Source of the DNA: Octopus sinensis
Lineage: Eukaryota
Length of the DNA: 64,000 nucleotides
Reading direction: 5' to 3'
NCBI RefSeq assembly: GCF_006345805.1
Contig: NC_042999.1
Location: forward strand, 109,368,001-109,432,000
Of this stretch, positions 13,893-27,264 are shown piece by piece. The position numbers and the translations under genes were made by a program. The notes beneath the pieces are model-generated. The model had not been told where the DNA came from. It did no database searches and was given only the letters and a program-made list of their open reading frames with translations. Within the stretch, counting starts at the first letter, position 1, and every line of letters starts with the position of its first letter.

Positions 13893-13895
<3 letters not shown>
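13095..13895 (-). mobile_element. RTE 3'-UTR/tail insertion with an internally duplicated minisatellite block
   Basis: (cat)n tail at ~13092-13112; same hairpin unit gtgccggtggcac; block 13530-13560 recurs at 13860-13890. Confidence 0.85.
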
Positions 13896-13938
<43 letters not shown>

Positions 13939-13944
13939 TGCTGA

Positions 13945-14830
13945 AGAATGGTATCCTAAAGCCACTTGGTTATGCTGGTGTACATGCCAGGCTCTGTCTT
14001 CCTCATTTTCACCTTACACCCATCTATGGCACTACTTGGCTGCTGTACTTAACTATGAACAGAATCAGCACATATTACACCACCACCCTTCCGTGCCTTC
14101 AGTCACTGCTCTCTCTCGCTCTCCTTCCTCTGCTATACTCCATTCTAAACACCTCTCTTATCTGCCATCATTCTCAATATCCTCCCATATCTATCATCAG
14201 GATCCACCCACCTATTTACTATAGCCTCTTATGTATCCCTATATCTTCTTCACTTCAGCTCATACCATGCTGTTCCATTCTCCATCTTGAGCCATTCCTA
14301 TATCTCCCTCACTTCATACTAGTATTTCCCATCATCTGCATCCCCATCCTTGCCCATCACTTACAGCATTAACCTCTACCTCGACCATCGTCTTTTTACT
14401 CCCATTTCCCACTCCTATGAAAGCATCCACACACTCCTTCATCCCCTCCCATAACCCACTGTCTGTATCCTCTCTTATGCTCACCTTCTTACTCCTTGAG
14501 AGTTTACTTTAGCATCCCATCACTACCTTCTTCTTGTCTCCTTTGGCCATGTATCTCCTCTAAAGCAAGACACTTGTGCTTGTCCTATCATAATTTAGCT
14601 TTTCAACACCAATTATAAAGCCACTCACCTCCATTTCCCCCTTTCAGATACTTCCTCTTAATAATGGATGCTTTTCCCTTTCCTTTTCCTCTGCTTTTAT
14701 ATGTCTTGCAAGTTTCATGGCAATGTCACTAGTGCCAGTGGCATGTAAGAAGCACCCAGTACACTCTATAAAGAAGTTGGCATTAAGAAGGGCCTACGGC
14801 CATAGAAATCCTGCCTTTCAAGCCCTTTGA
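13945..14830 (+). mobile_element. Pyrimidine-skewed segment ending in an RTE-type tail; probable 3' UTR of an older LINE family
   Basis: C/T-rich ~780 bp followed by gtgccagtggcatgtaagaagcacccagtacactc; assignment is inference. Confidence 0.4.
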
Positions 14831-14929
14831 TTCCAGGTTTTGTTTTCACTCCAGAAATTTCTTTTCTAATTCTAATTCCAATTCTGATATGAGTGCAAGT
14901 AGTTCTCACGGGCAGCTAGTTTTAAATTT

Positions 14930-16065
14930 ATTCAATCCACTGTTATGGTCTGGAGAACAATAATGAATAGGAAGGGGCTGAGGATTCCTGTACTCTAAAT
15001 TCGTCACTGCATTTGTGAATAACTTTCACCTTACTTACAGTACCCTTGTACATGGCTTTTACAACTTTAATAAATCATTTGTCTATCTCTTGCTTCCTCA
15101 GAAACCACATCACAAAGCAAGGGACTCTGTCAAATGCTTTCTCTAGGTCAGTGAATGTTAGGTACAATAGTTTATTCTTAGCTAAATACTTCAGCAGTTG
15201 TCTCAGAAAACAATGTAAGCAGTACTTCTCACTGGCTCAAAACTGAACTGCATTTCATTCAGTCTAACACTGTTCCAAATTAATTGGGTTACAATCCTTT
15301 CTAACTTTCCTGACCTGGTCCAGGAATTTGATACCACTGTAATTACTTCTAGCTAAGGCATATCCTTTATCCTTGTTGCAGCTGACTATAATGAAATATC
15401 TGATTAACTACATGGGTGACAAGACTGTGTTCTACTCTGCCAGATATTTTAGTTATAATTCCTGATGTACTAGGCACTTGCCCTGTCTTCATATCCTTAA
15501 TTGCCTTAACTATCATACTGCTGTCAAGTAGGATAGCTGGTCCCTGTTGGGTTCACATTTGGGAGACTCCTTTTTTCCCATTCATTCTCTGCAGTTAATA
15601 ACCTTTCGTAATAGTACGTTCATGCCTCTTCCTTTTCAAAGTCAATAAGTGCAAGCATACCATTATCCATCTGTACTTACCTCCCACATCTCGATTCTCT
15701 CTGATATGCTGTCTAGCAATCCAGAACACCTAATGTCTCTGATATTCATGCTGTAAGACATTGATAAACTTCATCCTTTCTGTTTTTTCTCTTGCTAAAT
15801 AAACCTGTCACCAAGCTTACCTTCTAGATATCTGATATTGCTTTTTGCTGCCTCCATTTTCCAGTCTTTCCAAGCCTGTCTCTTCATTTTTATGGCTCTG
15901 TCTACCTCACTATTCCACCACCAAGTCAACCCTCAGTCTGACTGAAACTTTGCTCAGCCACAGATTTGGTTTGTAGCTTTTTGTAGGTTGTCCCGTAAGA
16001 CCTTCTAATTGCTCTTCATGTTATATGTCACTGCTTTCTCTTTCCTGTTAAATGCTTTAATCAGA
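14930..16065 (-). mobile_element. Decayed RTE fragment related to the 28.9-kb element
   Basis: Minus strand matches the TDQICGW..TWWWN..KRQAWKDW and FTDLEKAFD regions. Confidence 0.75.
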
Positions 16066-16481
16066 ACATTTTAAAATTTCTGATTGTTTAATATATCTTT
16101 ATAATAATTGTAAATAGAAATAAGGTCTCAAATGTCAATCATTATAAGAATACTGACAACAAAAAGGGAAAAAATATAAATAACTGTGAATTGACAATTA
16201 AATGCATGACATTTAATGACAAAAAATATTACTACTATTAATAATAATAAATCAGTATCTTCAGCTAAAAATATCAAAAGAAAGTAAGATATGATGAAAA
16301 CTAACAGCTATTATGATAATAAATTAGGATGTATAATGTGGTAAGAAGCTTGCTTCCCAACCACATGGTCCAGGTTCAGTTCCGCTGTGTGGCACCTTGG
16401 GCAAGTGTCTTCTGCTATAGCATCAGGCCAGCCAAAGCCTTGTGAGTGGATTTGGTAGACAGAAACTAAAAGACGCCCGTC

Positions 16482-16524
<43 letters not shown>

Positions 16525-16539
16525 TATATATTTATATAT

Positions 16540-16850
16540 GTGGAGGCGCAATGGCCTAGTGGTTGGAGCAGCGGACTCGCAGTCGTAGGATCGCGGTTTT
16601 GATTCCCAGACCGGGCGTTGTGAGTGTTTATTGAGCGAAAATACCTAAAGCTCCATGAGGCTCCAGCAGGGGGTGGTGGCGATCCCTGCTGTACTCTTTC
16701 GCCACAACTTTCTCTCACTCTTTCTTCTGTTGGCCTGCTCGCTTAGCCAGCGAGGTGGCATCATTTGAAGGCTAAAACAGTGCGAAGCGCATTGTGACCA
16801 GCGATGTGTAACAACATCTGATAGCCTGGTCGGTCACGGTGATCACAGTG
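16540..16850 (+). mobile_element. tRNA-derived SINE nested in the (TA)n tract of another SINE
   Basis: A box tggcctagtggtt, B-box-like ttttgattccc. Confidence 0.85.
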
Positions 16851-16851
16851 A

Positions 16852-16884
<33 letters not shown>

Positions 16885-17127
16885 TTGTGTGCATATGTGT
16901 CAGTGCTTGTCTCCATTACTTGACAACCAATATTGGTGAGTTTATGTCCCCTTAACTTAGCAGTTCAGCAAAAGACACTGATAGAATAAGTACCAGACTT
17001 ACAGAGAATAAGTCCAGGGATTGATTTCTTTGACTAAAAGGTGGTGCTCCAGCATGGCTGCAGTCAAATGACTGACACAAGTAAAAGGATAAAAGAATAA
17101 AAGTATATCTATATATATATATATAAA

Positions 17128-17178
<51 letters not shown>

Positions 17179-17340
17179 ATATATATGTCTGTATGTCTAT
17201 GTGTATACATAAAAGTATGTGTATGTATGACAATGTATAAAGTTATATACACTTATATATGATATATATATATATTATATATATATATATATATATACAT
17301 ATGAATGCTTATATGTCCTGTATATATATATATATATATA

Positions 17341-17592
17341 TTAATTATAATAAAAAGTATGGAGACTTGCACATCCACAAGTTTATTTTATAGTTATATA
17401 CAGCATATTATAATGACCTACATGTGTTTCAACTGCAGGGACTACTCACTGTTGCAAATGCAACTTTGCAATTAGTAAATAGTCACTACAGTGGAAACGT
17501 CTGTAGGTCATTATAATATGTTGTATATAACTATAAAATAAATTTTGTGGATGTACAAGTCTCTATACTCTTTATTATTATTAATATTAATA
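17341..17592. repeat. Imperfect foldback hairpin next to (TA)n
   Basis: Arms ataataaaaagtatggagacttg..gacctaca / tgtaggtc..caagtctctatactcttttattat. Confidence 0.9.
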
Positions 17593-17779
17593 TATACTCC
17601 AGACAAGTTTGACTGCCAGTGAAGAGTACATGGAATTACCTATTGAAAGCATTCATGGAATGACTAACAACTAATTGTAGTCACAGACATTTGATACTGA
17701 TTGTTGTGGTTAGCTGTTAACTGGACCTTAACTGAGAGCTAATGTTGTACCTGCTCAGATAATATATCCCTCCAAACTC

Positions 17780-17819
<40 letters not shown>

Positions 17820-17820
<1 letters not shown>

Positions 17821-18700
17821 CGGTGTGCTTGCACACCCTGTTCTGGGCCCATGTATTGGGAAAATCCACTTTCTCTCAGACATTCTCTACATGTAATAGC
17901 CTTTCACAGTAGCTCTTCTATGTTTTCTTTATCAATCACTAAGTGCAAGCATACTATTACCCATCAGCACACACTTCTCAACTACATCATCTCGATTTCT
18001 CTGATAAAATGTCTCACAATCTGAAACACCTGATTCCTCTGATCTTCATGCGGTAAAATATTAGAAAATATCCTTGTTTCTACTTCTATTTTTGTTATGA
18101 AAATGTGACACCTTGCTGCTCTTGCTGCCTAGTATATTTCTCTGATAGCTCCATTCTTACAATCCTTCCAGACTTGTCTTGTCACATTTAAAGCTCTGTC
18201 AACTGCACTGTTCCACCACCATGTCATCCTCAGTCAAGCAAAGGACTTTGTGTCAGCCACAGATCTGGTCTGTAGTTCCCATAGGAACTTCCAGTTGTTG
18301 TCTATGCTATATGTCTTTAACTCTTTCGTCACTCTATTTATTTTGAGATGCTTTGTGTTTCTTTCAATTACTTTAAATATAACAAAGAATTTAGTAAAAT
18401 AAGGTAGTTATCATTCAGCTAGTGTTAGAAACATAAATTGTGACTAAGGTTTAGTGGAAGATTTTAATTCAAACCTTATGGAAATAAGACATTTATAATC
18501 AGAGCCAGAACCAGTTTCAGCCAGGTTGGTAACGAAAGTGTTAATTCCTCCTTTTTGTCAAAAGCTTCAATCAGAATATCTCTAAATTTCTGCCTATTTG
18601 CTGATCCTCTGAGTTTCCACATTCTTCTTTTCTAGACTTCTTTGAGTTCTTTTAACTACTAACTTATCTTGGAGAATACATTCTTTACAAAGGAAATGAA
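17820..18700 (-). mobile_element. Decayed RTE fragment interrupted by a piggyBac MITE
   Basis: Minus strand matches WKL.DPAN..KFRD.L.EAFD and TWWWN; MITE at 18321-18540. Confidence 0.7.
18321..18540. mobile_element. piggyBac-type MITE, same family
   Basis: TTAA flanks; same internal sequence as 37134. Confidence 0.85.
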
Positions 18701-18841
18701 AAAGACTGTGCTGCAAGGAAACAAATTGAAAATGATAGCATGTAGCAGTGAAAGCTAAAAAGCTTTAAATGAAACTGCAGGACAAGAGTTATGAACAAAG
18801 TTTGTGTGAGAGAGAATAGACAACTAAAGGGAGGAAAACAA

Positions 18842-19894
18842 TGAGGAAAGAAAAGCAAATATCAATATACTACCTAACAATAAATGGGAATTTGATTTAA
18901 ACAGAAAATAATCCAAGGCTTTCATTATTCAAAGGACTATGGTTAACACATTTGTCTATAACTAAATAAGCATTCTAAGTAATTTTGATGTGATAAATAG
19001 ATATAGAGTAAAAATTTCCAAAAATATTCTGAAAGTATTTCAGAGAAAAACTTTGTAATCATTTATTTCTAATGAACACAATGGAATAGGCACACATAAT
19101 CTCAAAGTACAGCTTTAAAATATCTGTATTTTGTAAAAGCATTTCTGAATTATTTACAGACAACAGAACTTATTAAAAGGGGTAAGTAAAAAAAATGATA
19201 GAAACAGTCAAATTGGAAAAAAAAAATTTTAATGTGAATTAGATACAAAAAATTTCGGATCTTGTTAAATTTCTCCCAACCACTAGAAGTTTTTCAGATT
19301 TCCACCCGATTATTTTTAAAATATTTTGTTTTGTTGTAATCTTGCATGCTGATGATGAAAATAACATTCATTTTTTTTTCTAGAAATTAGCATCAAAACA
19401 GTATTTTTTAAGACTTTATCTAGTGAAAATCTGAAAAACTTCAAGTGGTTGGAAGAAATTTAACAAGATCCACATTTTTTCTTCAAATGACATAAACACT
19501 TTATAGAACAGTAAAGAATTAAGGAAAAAAATGAAAGCAAAGACATTTCCGTGAATTTTTTCAGGCCTGATGCTGAACTAAAAAAAAAAAAATTCTTGCA
19601 ATTTTGTAAAATATGAAAAGTTCTTACTTTTCATTGAGGAAAGAAAAGCAAACATCAATATACTACCTAATAATAAATGTGAATTGGATTTAAGCAGAAA
19701 ATAATCCAAGGTTTTCATTATTCAAAGGACTATAGTTAACACATTTGTCTATAACTAAATAAGTCTTCTAAGTAATTTTGATGTGATAAATAGATATAGA
19801 GTAAAAATGTTCAAAAATATTCTGAAAGTATTTCAGAGAAAAACTTTGTAATCATTTATTTCTAATGAACACAATGGGATAGGCACACATAATC
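18842..19894. repeat. 260-bp direct duplication (18842-19101 and 19635-19894)
   Basis: gaggaaagaaaagcaaa...aggcacacataatc occurs twice, highly similar. Confidence 0.95.
19247..19480. mobile_element. MITE-like element with ~60-bp inverted termini
   Basis: ggatcttgttaaatttctcccaaccact / agtggttggaagaaatttaacaagatcc. Confidence 0.75.
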
Positions 19895-21115
19895 ATATGT
19901 AAATTTCAAATGGTAAGAAATTGTGTTTTGACCATAGCCAGTAGCAAATATTTAAATTTGAATTAAACACAAGAAATTTTCTTTTCAAAAAGCATGAAAT
20001 AAAAGTACTTTATAGAAAAGTAAAGAATTAAGACAAATAACAAAATCAAAGACTATTTCAATGAATTTCCTTGAAGACTTCATTCGTATTAGAAAAAAAA
20101 AGGTAAATGTCTGCAAATATTATAAAATATGCAGAAATTCTTACCTCAAGGTATTGTGTTTTAACCAATACCAACAGCATAAAACTTCAAAAACAACCTA
20201 GTACTCCTAGGTTAAACACAGTTTAGATTCTTGACAAAATCAGAGTAAATGAATAAAAAGAAATGAAAGTATATTGACTGGAAGCTGTGACTGTGACGTC
20301 CCATAATTCAGTGTATGTTTATTAAGGAGATTTTTAAGAAATTCCTTTCCCCCTTGTAATTCATGATTAGCATTTTTGAGTACAGCTTAATACAGTAGTA
20401 ATATTAAGAAAACCTCTATTAGATGTTGTTCCTTCAGTGCTGCCTGCCCAAAAGAATTTGCACCTATGTTCTTTGTCTATCAGAAATATAGTTAGCTAAC
20501 AATCGTCAGATTTACAATTATTCCAACACATCTTCAGGTTCTATTTCAAAATATTATATATCTAATTATACATCCCTTTAAAAATAAGCAATACAATTAA
20601 GCATTAAAGATTAAAAATTACGAATTAAAAATTAAGAATAAAAATTATACTTTGTTATATTAAGAATTAAAATTTATAAATTATACATTATAAATATGAA
20701 TTAGTATATATATCAATCATGTAAAAACAAGTATATAAGTATATGTCAAATACAGAATGTGAGATATAAGATTAAACATCAGAATAAAAATGTCCCTGTT
20801 TAAATGTGATATATAACAAGAAAAATTCAAATACATATCTTTTTTTTTTTTTGCTGGTTCTGAAATGGTGATTTGAAGAAGATAATGGAACTATGGGTGA
20901 TTAATACCAAGGAGAGTAATTACACTATATATGTGTATATATATGGGTATACAGTTTTGTATATGTATATATATATATATATATATTGTAATCCTCCAAT
21001 ACTGAAACACGTGTAGTTCCTTCACATTTAATAAATATAAGTATTAACTAAAGTATGATATAACTAATGAAGTATATTATATACCCAGCTGGTAATTTTG
21101 GTTATATCCTTTCAG

Positions 21116-21173
21116 TATTATTTCGTGATGTGCAAACTGATGCTATGAGTTTACTGTCAGATATACTCATTAG
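21116..21173 (+). CDS. Candidate exon LFRDVQTDAMSLLSDILI (phase 1 to 2)
   Basis: Strong acceptor ttatatcctttcag, donor AG|GTTATT; joins in frame to 23714. Confidence 0.55.
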
Positions 21174-21373
21174 GTTATTTTTGTATTATCTGAAATAGAA
21201 TACCCGCATATCGATTAATCCCCAAAAATTGAATATTGACTTTTATCAGATACTTTGTATATTTATAGATAAATATATAAATATACGATAAATAAGACCT
21301 TAAAGTATGATATGTAGATGCATATAATGCTGTAGGTTGCACCTGATTGATTTGGAAATTTGTTTTCCCAAAT

Positions 21374-21415
<42 letters not shown>

Positions 21416-21426
21416 CACACACACAT

Positions 21427-22330
21427 GCAGGGTGTGGTGAATGTATTGTCTAAATTATGCAAAAACGAAAATATCTCTGACATCTCATTTTAACAGATAT
21501 ATTTACCAAAATTACAAAAAAATATCTTGAAATACTAAAGAGTAACTTTATTTCATAAAATCGCCATTGGCTTCAAGCATGGTCTCCAGACGACTTTGGA
21601 ATCTCCTGCAACTGTTCTGGATGGTCTCCTTGTTTAAGTTAGTGAATCCTGCCATAATCCTTGCCTTCAATTCAGTTTTGCTGTTACAAGGAGTTTTGTT
21701 GGTCTCTTGTTCAACTGTGCTTCACACATGATAATCAAGGGGGTTGCATTCCGGGGAGTTAGGTGGTCAGATGTTAGGGGTGATGTGGTCACAGAAATTG
21801 TTACAGCCATGACTGGGTTCTCCTGCTTGTGTGGCTTGGTGCACAGTTCTGTTGCTAGACATAGGGTCTTCCAGCAGCCACCTTCTTGTCCCAGTACAGC
21901 ACTACTTCCTCCAGATACTTGATGTAGGTCTGTGTGGGGATATGAATCGTGGCATAACGTCGCCATCACTAGTGATCACTCCAAACACCATGATATTGAC
22001 TGGGTGTTTGATTTTTATCACTCTTGATACATGTTTTGGGGACATGGCAAGCCAACAGTTGTTCTGCGTGTTCACCATCTGTTCGTATTGGAGCTTCCGG
22101 CATGAATGCCAAACACTATAGCTTGTCATTTTAAAATTTTTGGCAGAGTGAATTGTGTCAAGGTGCTGTTTTTCTGACAGATGGTGCCCTACTGACCCTA
22201 CTGTATTGTGTACAGACTCAAGAGCTGAAAGCTTCATGTGTTGATACTTGAGTCATTCTGTTGCTTTTGCTAAATATTATTAAAAATATACATATACTCA
22301 TATTTTGAGTTCTATTTTTCTTGTTTGCAT
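21427..22330 (-). mobile_element. Tc1/mariner maT-type (DD37D) transposon relic
   Basis: KHPVNIMVFGVITSDGDVMP, catalytic region and C-terminus; terminal cagggtgt at 21427. Confidence 0.85.
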
Positions 22331-22373
22331 CATCCTACCTGTATATGAATGTATATATAAATCTATGTATGTA

Positions 22374-22380
<7 letters not shown>

Positions 22381-22446
<66 letters not shown>
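22381..22446. repeat. (GA)n microsatellite
   Basis: Perfect dinucleotide run. Confidence 0.99.
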
Positions 22447-22449
<3 letters not shown>

Positions 22450-23004
22450 TACTACATCAAAAGATGCACCGAAAGGCATGACAACTTGCCAGATGGTATG
22501 AGCATTGTAGATCAGTTCTGCCCTCAACTCCTAGCTCTAATGTAGTTAGACATTATAGCTCCAGAAAGATTAGAATGTGGAGTTCATGCACTACATATAG
22601 AAAGGGAACACAGAAATTGTAGTTTGCATTGATGCTTTTTATAATGTTTCATGAAATTGGCAGAATCAATTATGTGAACATAAAACTCAGTTACATGAGC
22701 AAATGCTGCCAGTCTCATTCATTGCAATTTATATATACATACATACATACATGTGTGCATAATCTTATGTATACACAACTGTGTGTGTGTGTATATATAT
22801 ATATATGTGCGTGTGTATGTGTGTAATGTTTTTCACTACTTCCATACTTTTATGTTTTAATGTTTATTAATAAACTGAATTAATTTTATTAAGGCTTTCA
22901 ATAATAACAATGGCAGTAACAACACCACCACCAACAACAACAACAATATTTGTACACATTGTCTCTGAGTGAGACTTGTACAAATACAAAGCAAAAGCCA
23001 AACA

Positions 23005-23068
23005 TAATGATAATAATAATAATAATGATAATAATGATAATAATAATAATGATAATAATAATAATAAT

Positions 23069-23102
<34 letters not shown>
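23005..23102. repeat. (ATA/ATG)n microsatellite
   Basis: Direct reading. Confidence 0.99.
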
Positions 23103-23103
<1 letters not shown>

Positions 23104-23107
23104 TGCT

Positions 23108-23630
23108 TTCTACTATAAGCACAAGGCCTGAAATTTTGGGGTAGAGGGATAGTCGATTACTTTGAACCAAGTGCTCAACTGGTACTTTATTTATCGATCC
23201 CAAAAGAATGAAAGGCAAAGTCGATCATGATAGAATTTGAACTCAGAACATAAAGACAGACGAAATACTGCTAACCATTTTGCCCAGCATGCTAACGATT
23301 CTGCCAGCTCATCACCTTTATAATTAATAATAATAATCTTTTCTACTCTAGGTACAAAGCCTGAAATTTTTGGAGAGGGAGGGCCCAGTCAATTAGGTCA
23401 ACTCCAGTATGCAACTGGTACTTAATTTATCGACCCCTCCTCCGAAAGGATGAAAGGCAAAGTTGACCTCAGCAGAATTTGAATTCAGAACATAAAGACA
23501 AATGAAATACCACCAAATGGCAGTGCCCCAGCATGGCCACAGCTTGTGAGCTGAAACTAGATAAAGATAAAAGATAAAGATAAAGCATTTCGCCTGGTGT
23601 GCTAACATTTCTGCTAGCTCACCGCTTCAT
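23108..23630 (-). mobile_element. Two tandem SINEs with a Nin-like domain. Other copies: 28265-28450+, 46050-46235-, 47030-47210-, 57070-57195-, 62180-62400-
   Basis: ctggtacttaatttatcgacccc..gaaaggatgaaaggcaaagt..gaatttgaactcag. Confidence 0.75.
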
Positions 23631-23713
23631 AATAATAATAATAATAATGATAATAATAATAATAATAACAACAACACAATTTGCTAATAAATGTTAATGC
23701 TCTTCATCAACAG

Positions 23714-23751
23714 CATCTTTACTGAATTTTCTAAAGTCCTAGATTTTCAAA
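23714..23751 (+). CDS. Candidate exon IFTEFSKVLDFQ (phase 2 to 1)
   Basis: Acceptor ctcttcatcaacag, consensus donor GTAAGT, phase matches the preceding exon. Confidence 0.55.
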
Positions 23752-25715
23752 GTAAGTCAAAGAAAGCAATCTTTCAGTTGCCCAAATTCAAGTTTATGAA
23801 CGAGTTTCTTTCCAAGGGAAATATCCCTATAGAAATGGATTGTTCAGTCAAACATTGAGAATATATTTTTGCTGGTCTCTAGTATACTTTTTAATAAAAG
23901 AATTAGCATACATTTTTGTCTATTTTTTTTTTCCTTTTTAAATTACAAACTAAGATTTATTGTTACCTTTCAAATAAGCATTTCAGGATCTTTGCTGTTG
24001 TTCAAGTTGTTAATATAATTGAATATATTCAATATTCATATAAATCAGAGAGAGAGAGTTAATGTGAAATCATTATGAACATGATGATGACATTCATCAT
24101 CACCACCAATTCCATGACCGTTACCACTATTACACATCAGAATTAGCATCGTCATCACCATTATCATCATAATCATCATCACCATCATTATTATTACCCA
24201 ACCCAACCCTCATAACCGTTAACATCATCACCATTATTGTTACCTTCACCATCATCCCCACATCAAAATTAAATCACCACCAACCAACTCCACCCCACCA
24301 CCACCACCACCACCAGCTGCAGCAGTAGCAGTAGCAGCCACAGCAGCATTATTTTATTTTATTATTTTTTTAATATATATTGAAAGTCTAATGATATAAT
24401 GTCTGACATCGTTTGAAAGGCTATGCAAAACAACTATTGCATATGCCTATAATGAATTAATTTATTTTTTCAAAGGAATTTCAGCATAAAGCATTCTGAT
24501 CAATATTTTCAATTGTTCAGTTGATAGCATGATATATTATTAGATTAGGATTATATTTAATAACATAGTGGTTGCCTTCAAGTTCTGCATCACTCAGCTT
24601 GCTTATTCACTCTCTACGGTATTCCAGCTGTTCTCCTCCCTGTCAGCCCTATTTCTCTGCTTCATGCAAAGATGCCAATAACTTCCTTATATTGAAAATC
24701 AAAAGCGACACTTACCAAAACCTGTATGCTGCTGACTTTTATATTTCTGAATTTAGAATGGTAATAAACAAATAATTTATTATTATTTTTTTTTAAAGAT
24801 ATTTATCTAAAAGAAATAAAATAAAAGAAAAGAAGGAGCTACTGAAGAAAGTTAGGCAAGTATTTAGAAGCATGTTGTAGTATTTGAACTACTGATCTTT
24901 TATTTTATATTAAATTCATCATCAAGGCACATAATGCAATCAGCCAACTATCAGTTTTTTATACTGTCTGCTGTGAGCCAATGGGAGAGCCTCAATGTGG
25001 TTGCTCAGTCAGCTAGAAATAGACAGCATCTTTTTCTTTCAGCTCAAATTCTATAGCCTTAAATAAAGGACACTTAAGACAGTGACATACTCAACGATGG
25101 ATTGAACATGGTTAGACAGTCTTTGATCATAGGTCTCATCAATCAGTACTGACCCGATGGCTAAACATCATAATAATTATTTTTTGCATGATTGCAAAAA
25201 CAGATTTCATTATATATCTAATGTCCTTTCCATCCCAAGATGATGGTGTATATTTTGATGGAGATTTGGCTACTATCTTTAGCATGACAAGTGATGCACA
25301 TGTTCTCTTATTGGTTTGTTAAATGTATGTTGTAGTTGAACTAAAGGTTATTTAATAAAAGGTACACTGACTGTGAAGTTAGAATGCTCTCACTACTGGA
25401 TGCATGGCTGTGAATTCAAACTTTAATCTTTATATTGTATCTTTAGACAAGGTGAGTAATGTCTCAATCTGCATCAGTTATATTATTGCACTTCAATGAT
25501 AAAACGTATCACATTATGCTGTTTGTCATCAAGCAATAAAAAAATATTTTGGCCCATCAATCAAAAGAAGCTATTCCACCCATGAAGAAAATGGGCGTTT
25601 AACAATAAGTTATCAAGGAGGAAAACATAAAAATTGTTATTATCATTAACAATCTAAATTTGTAACAATCTAAAATTGATCACCTCAGGTTTTACTCAAA
25701 TATTTGGTTTTACAG

Positions 25716-25846
25716 CTGGTGGTACTATGGGGGAAACTAAACACTGGTTGTTGTACTTCTGCATCTCCATTGTTAGTCTTTCTCTCTTTGCTGTTAAACC
25801 AAGAGACTTCTTTTTTAAATTTTCAAAAATCTTTTATTCAGAAGAG
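25716..25846 (+). CDS. Candidate exon GGTMGETKHWLLYFCISIVSLSLFAVKPRDFFFKFSKIFYSEE (phase 1 to 0)
   Basis: Acceptor ttggttttacag, donor GAG|GTTAGA, 43 open codons; W-x3-F-x17-FF spacing as in recalled FANCA. Confidence 0.5.
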
Positions 25847-26498
25847 GTTAGAGTTCATGAGCTGTTACTGGGTCTCTGAGGTTGCTGAAAAGGAAAACGG
25901 CACCATTAGACTGGGGCCTGGTTCAATGTCTTGAGACAGAATGAACTCTGCTAAAGGTACCCAAGGGTGAGGTAATGATGTTAAGCTGAACAATGGATTA
26001 TGTCTATCACCCAAGAAGATATTGTAAAGGAGAGAAAATATAATTGAAATAACCTAGAAAAAATAGATATTGTTTATGTTGCTTCCATAATATCTTTAAA
26101 TCATCTCCAGACTAATGCCTGAGTTGGCAGTCATTTAAATAAATATCCTTTTGAGCCCTACATGGTTGCTTGACCTGCAAGAAATAACAATCAAAACTCC
26201 TTTATTTCATGTCTTACTATCTTAGAAAAGAAAGATACATCAGACAATGTGATTCTGAATGCATGATGAGATGGAGAATACAGAATGGACACCACCTGAA
26301 TGTTATTAATCATAGGTCGACATGATGAAAGTCAGTTTCATGCTAAACTATGACAACTTGCATTATCTATATTTGAAGAGCTTACTTTCAAAGCCATCGG
26401 AATGGCTTTTGAGTAATTGTTTAAAACAACAACTTGAATATATCTGATTTTGATTGGAAGATTAAGATTCACCTACTGTCTGTATGGCATCTATCCCA

Positions 26499-27264
26499 AA
26501 GCCAGCAAGTCTTTAAATTACATCTGGTAGTGGGGCTCTGGTTTAGGAATCCAGGGTTTTGAGGAGTGTGGAACCATCTCTTAGCCACCTGGCCCCAGAG
26601 CAGTAACACCTGTCTGGGTCCCACTTATTGGTTAATTAGCATGTCACAGAACTACCTTTGGAGGGCCCTTTCAGCTCATTAAATGGATGCTCAGCTAAGA
26701 GAAAGTAACTCCATATGAGGGAGTGCTGGAAAGTTCCTGGCTTAAAGGGTATCATGAGGGTCTGGTTGGGGGCCCAGCCTTCCAAGTTCTTTTACAGGGA
26801 TTAGAAAAACTGAAGGACTGCTGCAAAAAATTTCATGTGCATGAAACCAACAGCTTGTAGATCGTGTTTTAATCAATATTATGAAATCAACCAAACATGC
26901 ACTTATACAGGTTTTGAAAATAAGCTCCTCACTTAATGTCCTTAATGTGTACATGATTATTCTTTATTAATCAGAGAAATAAAGTGAGTACTATTCTATG
27001 GTTTACTTGTTCCAATCATTGGACTGCAGCCATGTTGGTGCACTGCCTTGAAAAATTTTAGTTGAATGAATTTACCCTAGTATGTTCTTTTTTCTTTTCA
27101 AGCCTGGTACTTATTTTATCTGCTCCTTTTGCTGACCTGCTAAGTTTGGGGGACATAATCAAACACACACTGGTTGGGGGACAAACACAGACACAAAGAT
27201 ACATGCATGCTACTTATTTATTCCCTCCCGCTCATCCCTGTGGAGGCACATGGCCTAGTGGTTA
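26499..27264. repeat. Left copy of a ~765-bp inverted duplication (partner 32220-32981)
   Basis: Base-by-base reverse-complement match across a mosaic of unique DNA, a mariner-MITE piece, a SINE body and a SINE head. Confidence 0.95.

Noticed and set aside
23763-23860. KAI..GNIPIEM resembling FANCA KAI..GNIPVTVM
   Set aside because: Out of order relative to the other blocks. Treated as chance, and as a warning that short by-eye matches can mislead.
24060-24350. His/Thr-rich coding repeat
   Set aside because: Degenerate (CAT/CAC)n low-complexity tract without splice support.
25900-25945. 2A-like DIEPGP motif of a LINE on the minus strand
   Set aside because: The NPGP core is incomplete and no endonuclease follows; the adjacent DNA is better explained by the plus-strand exon.
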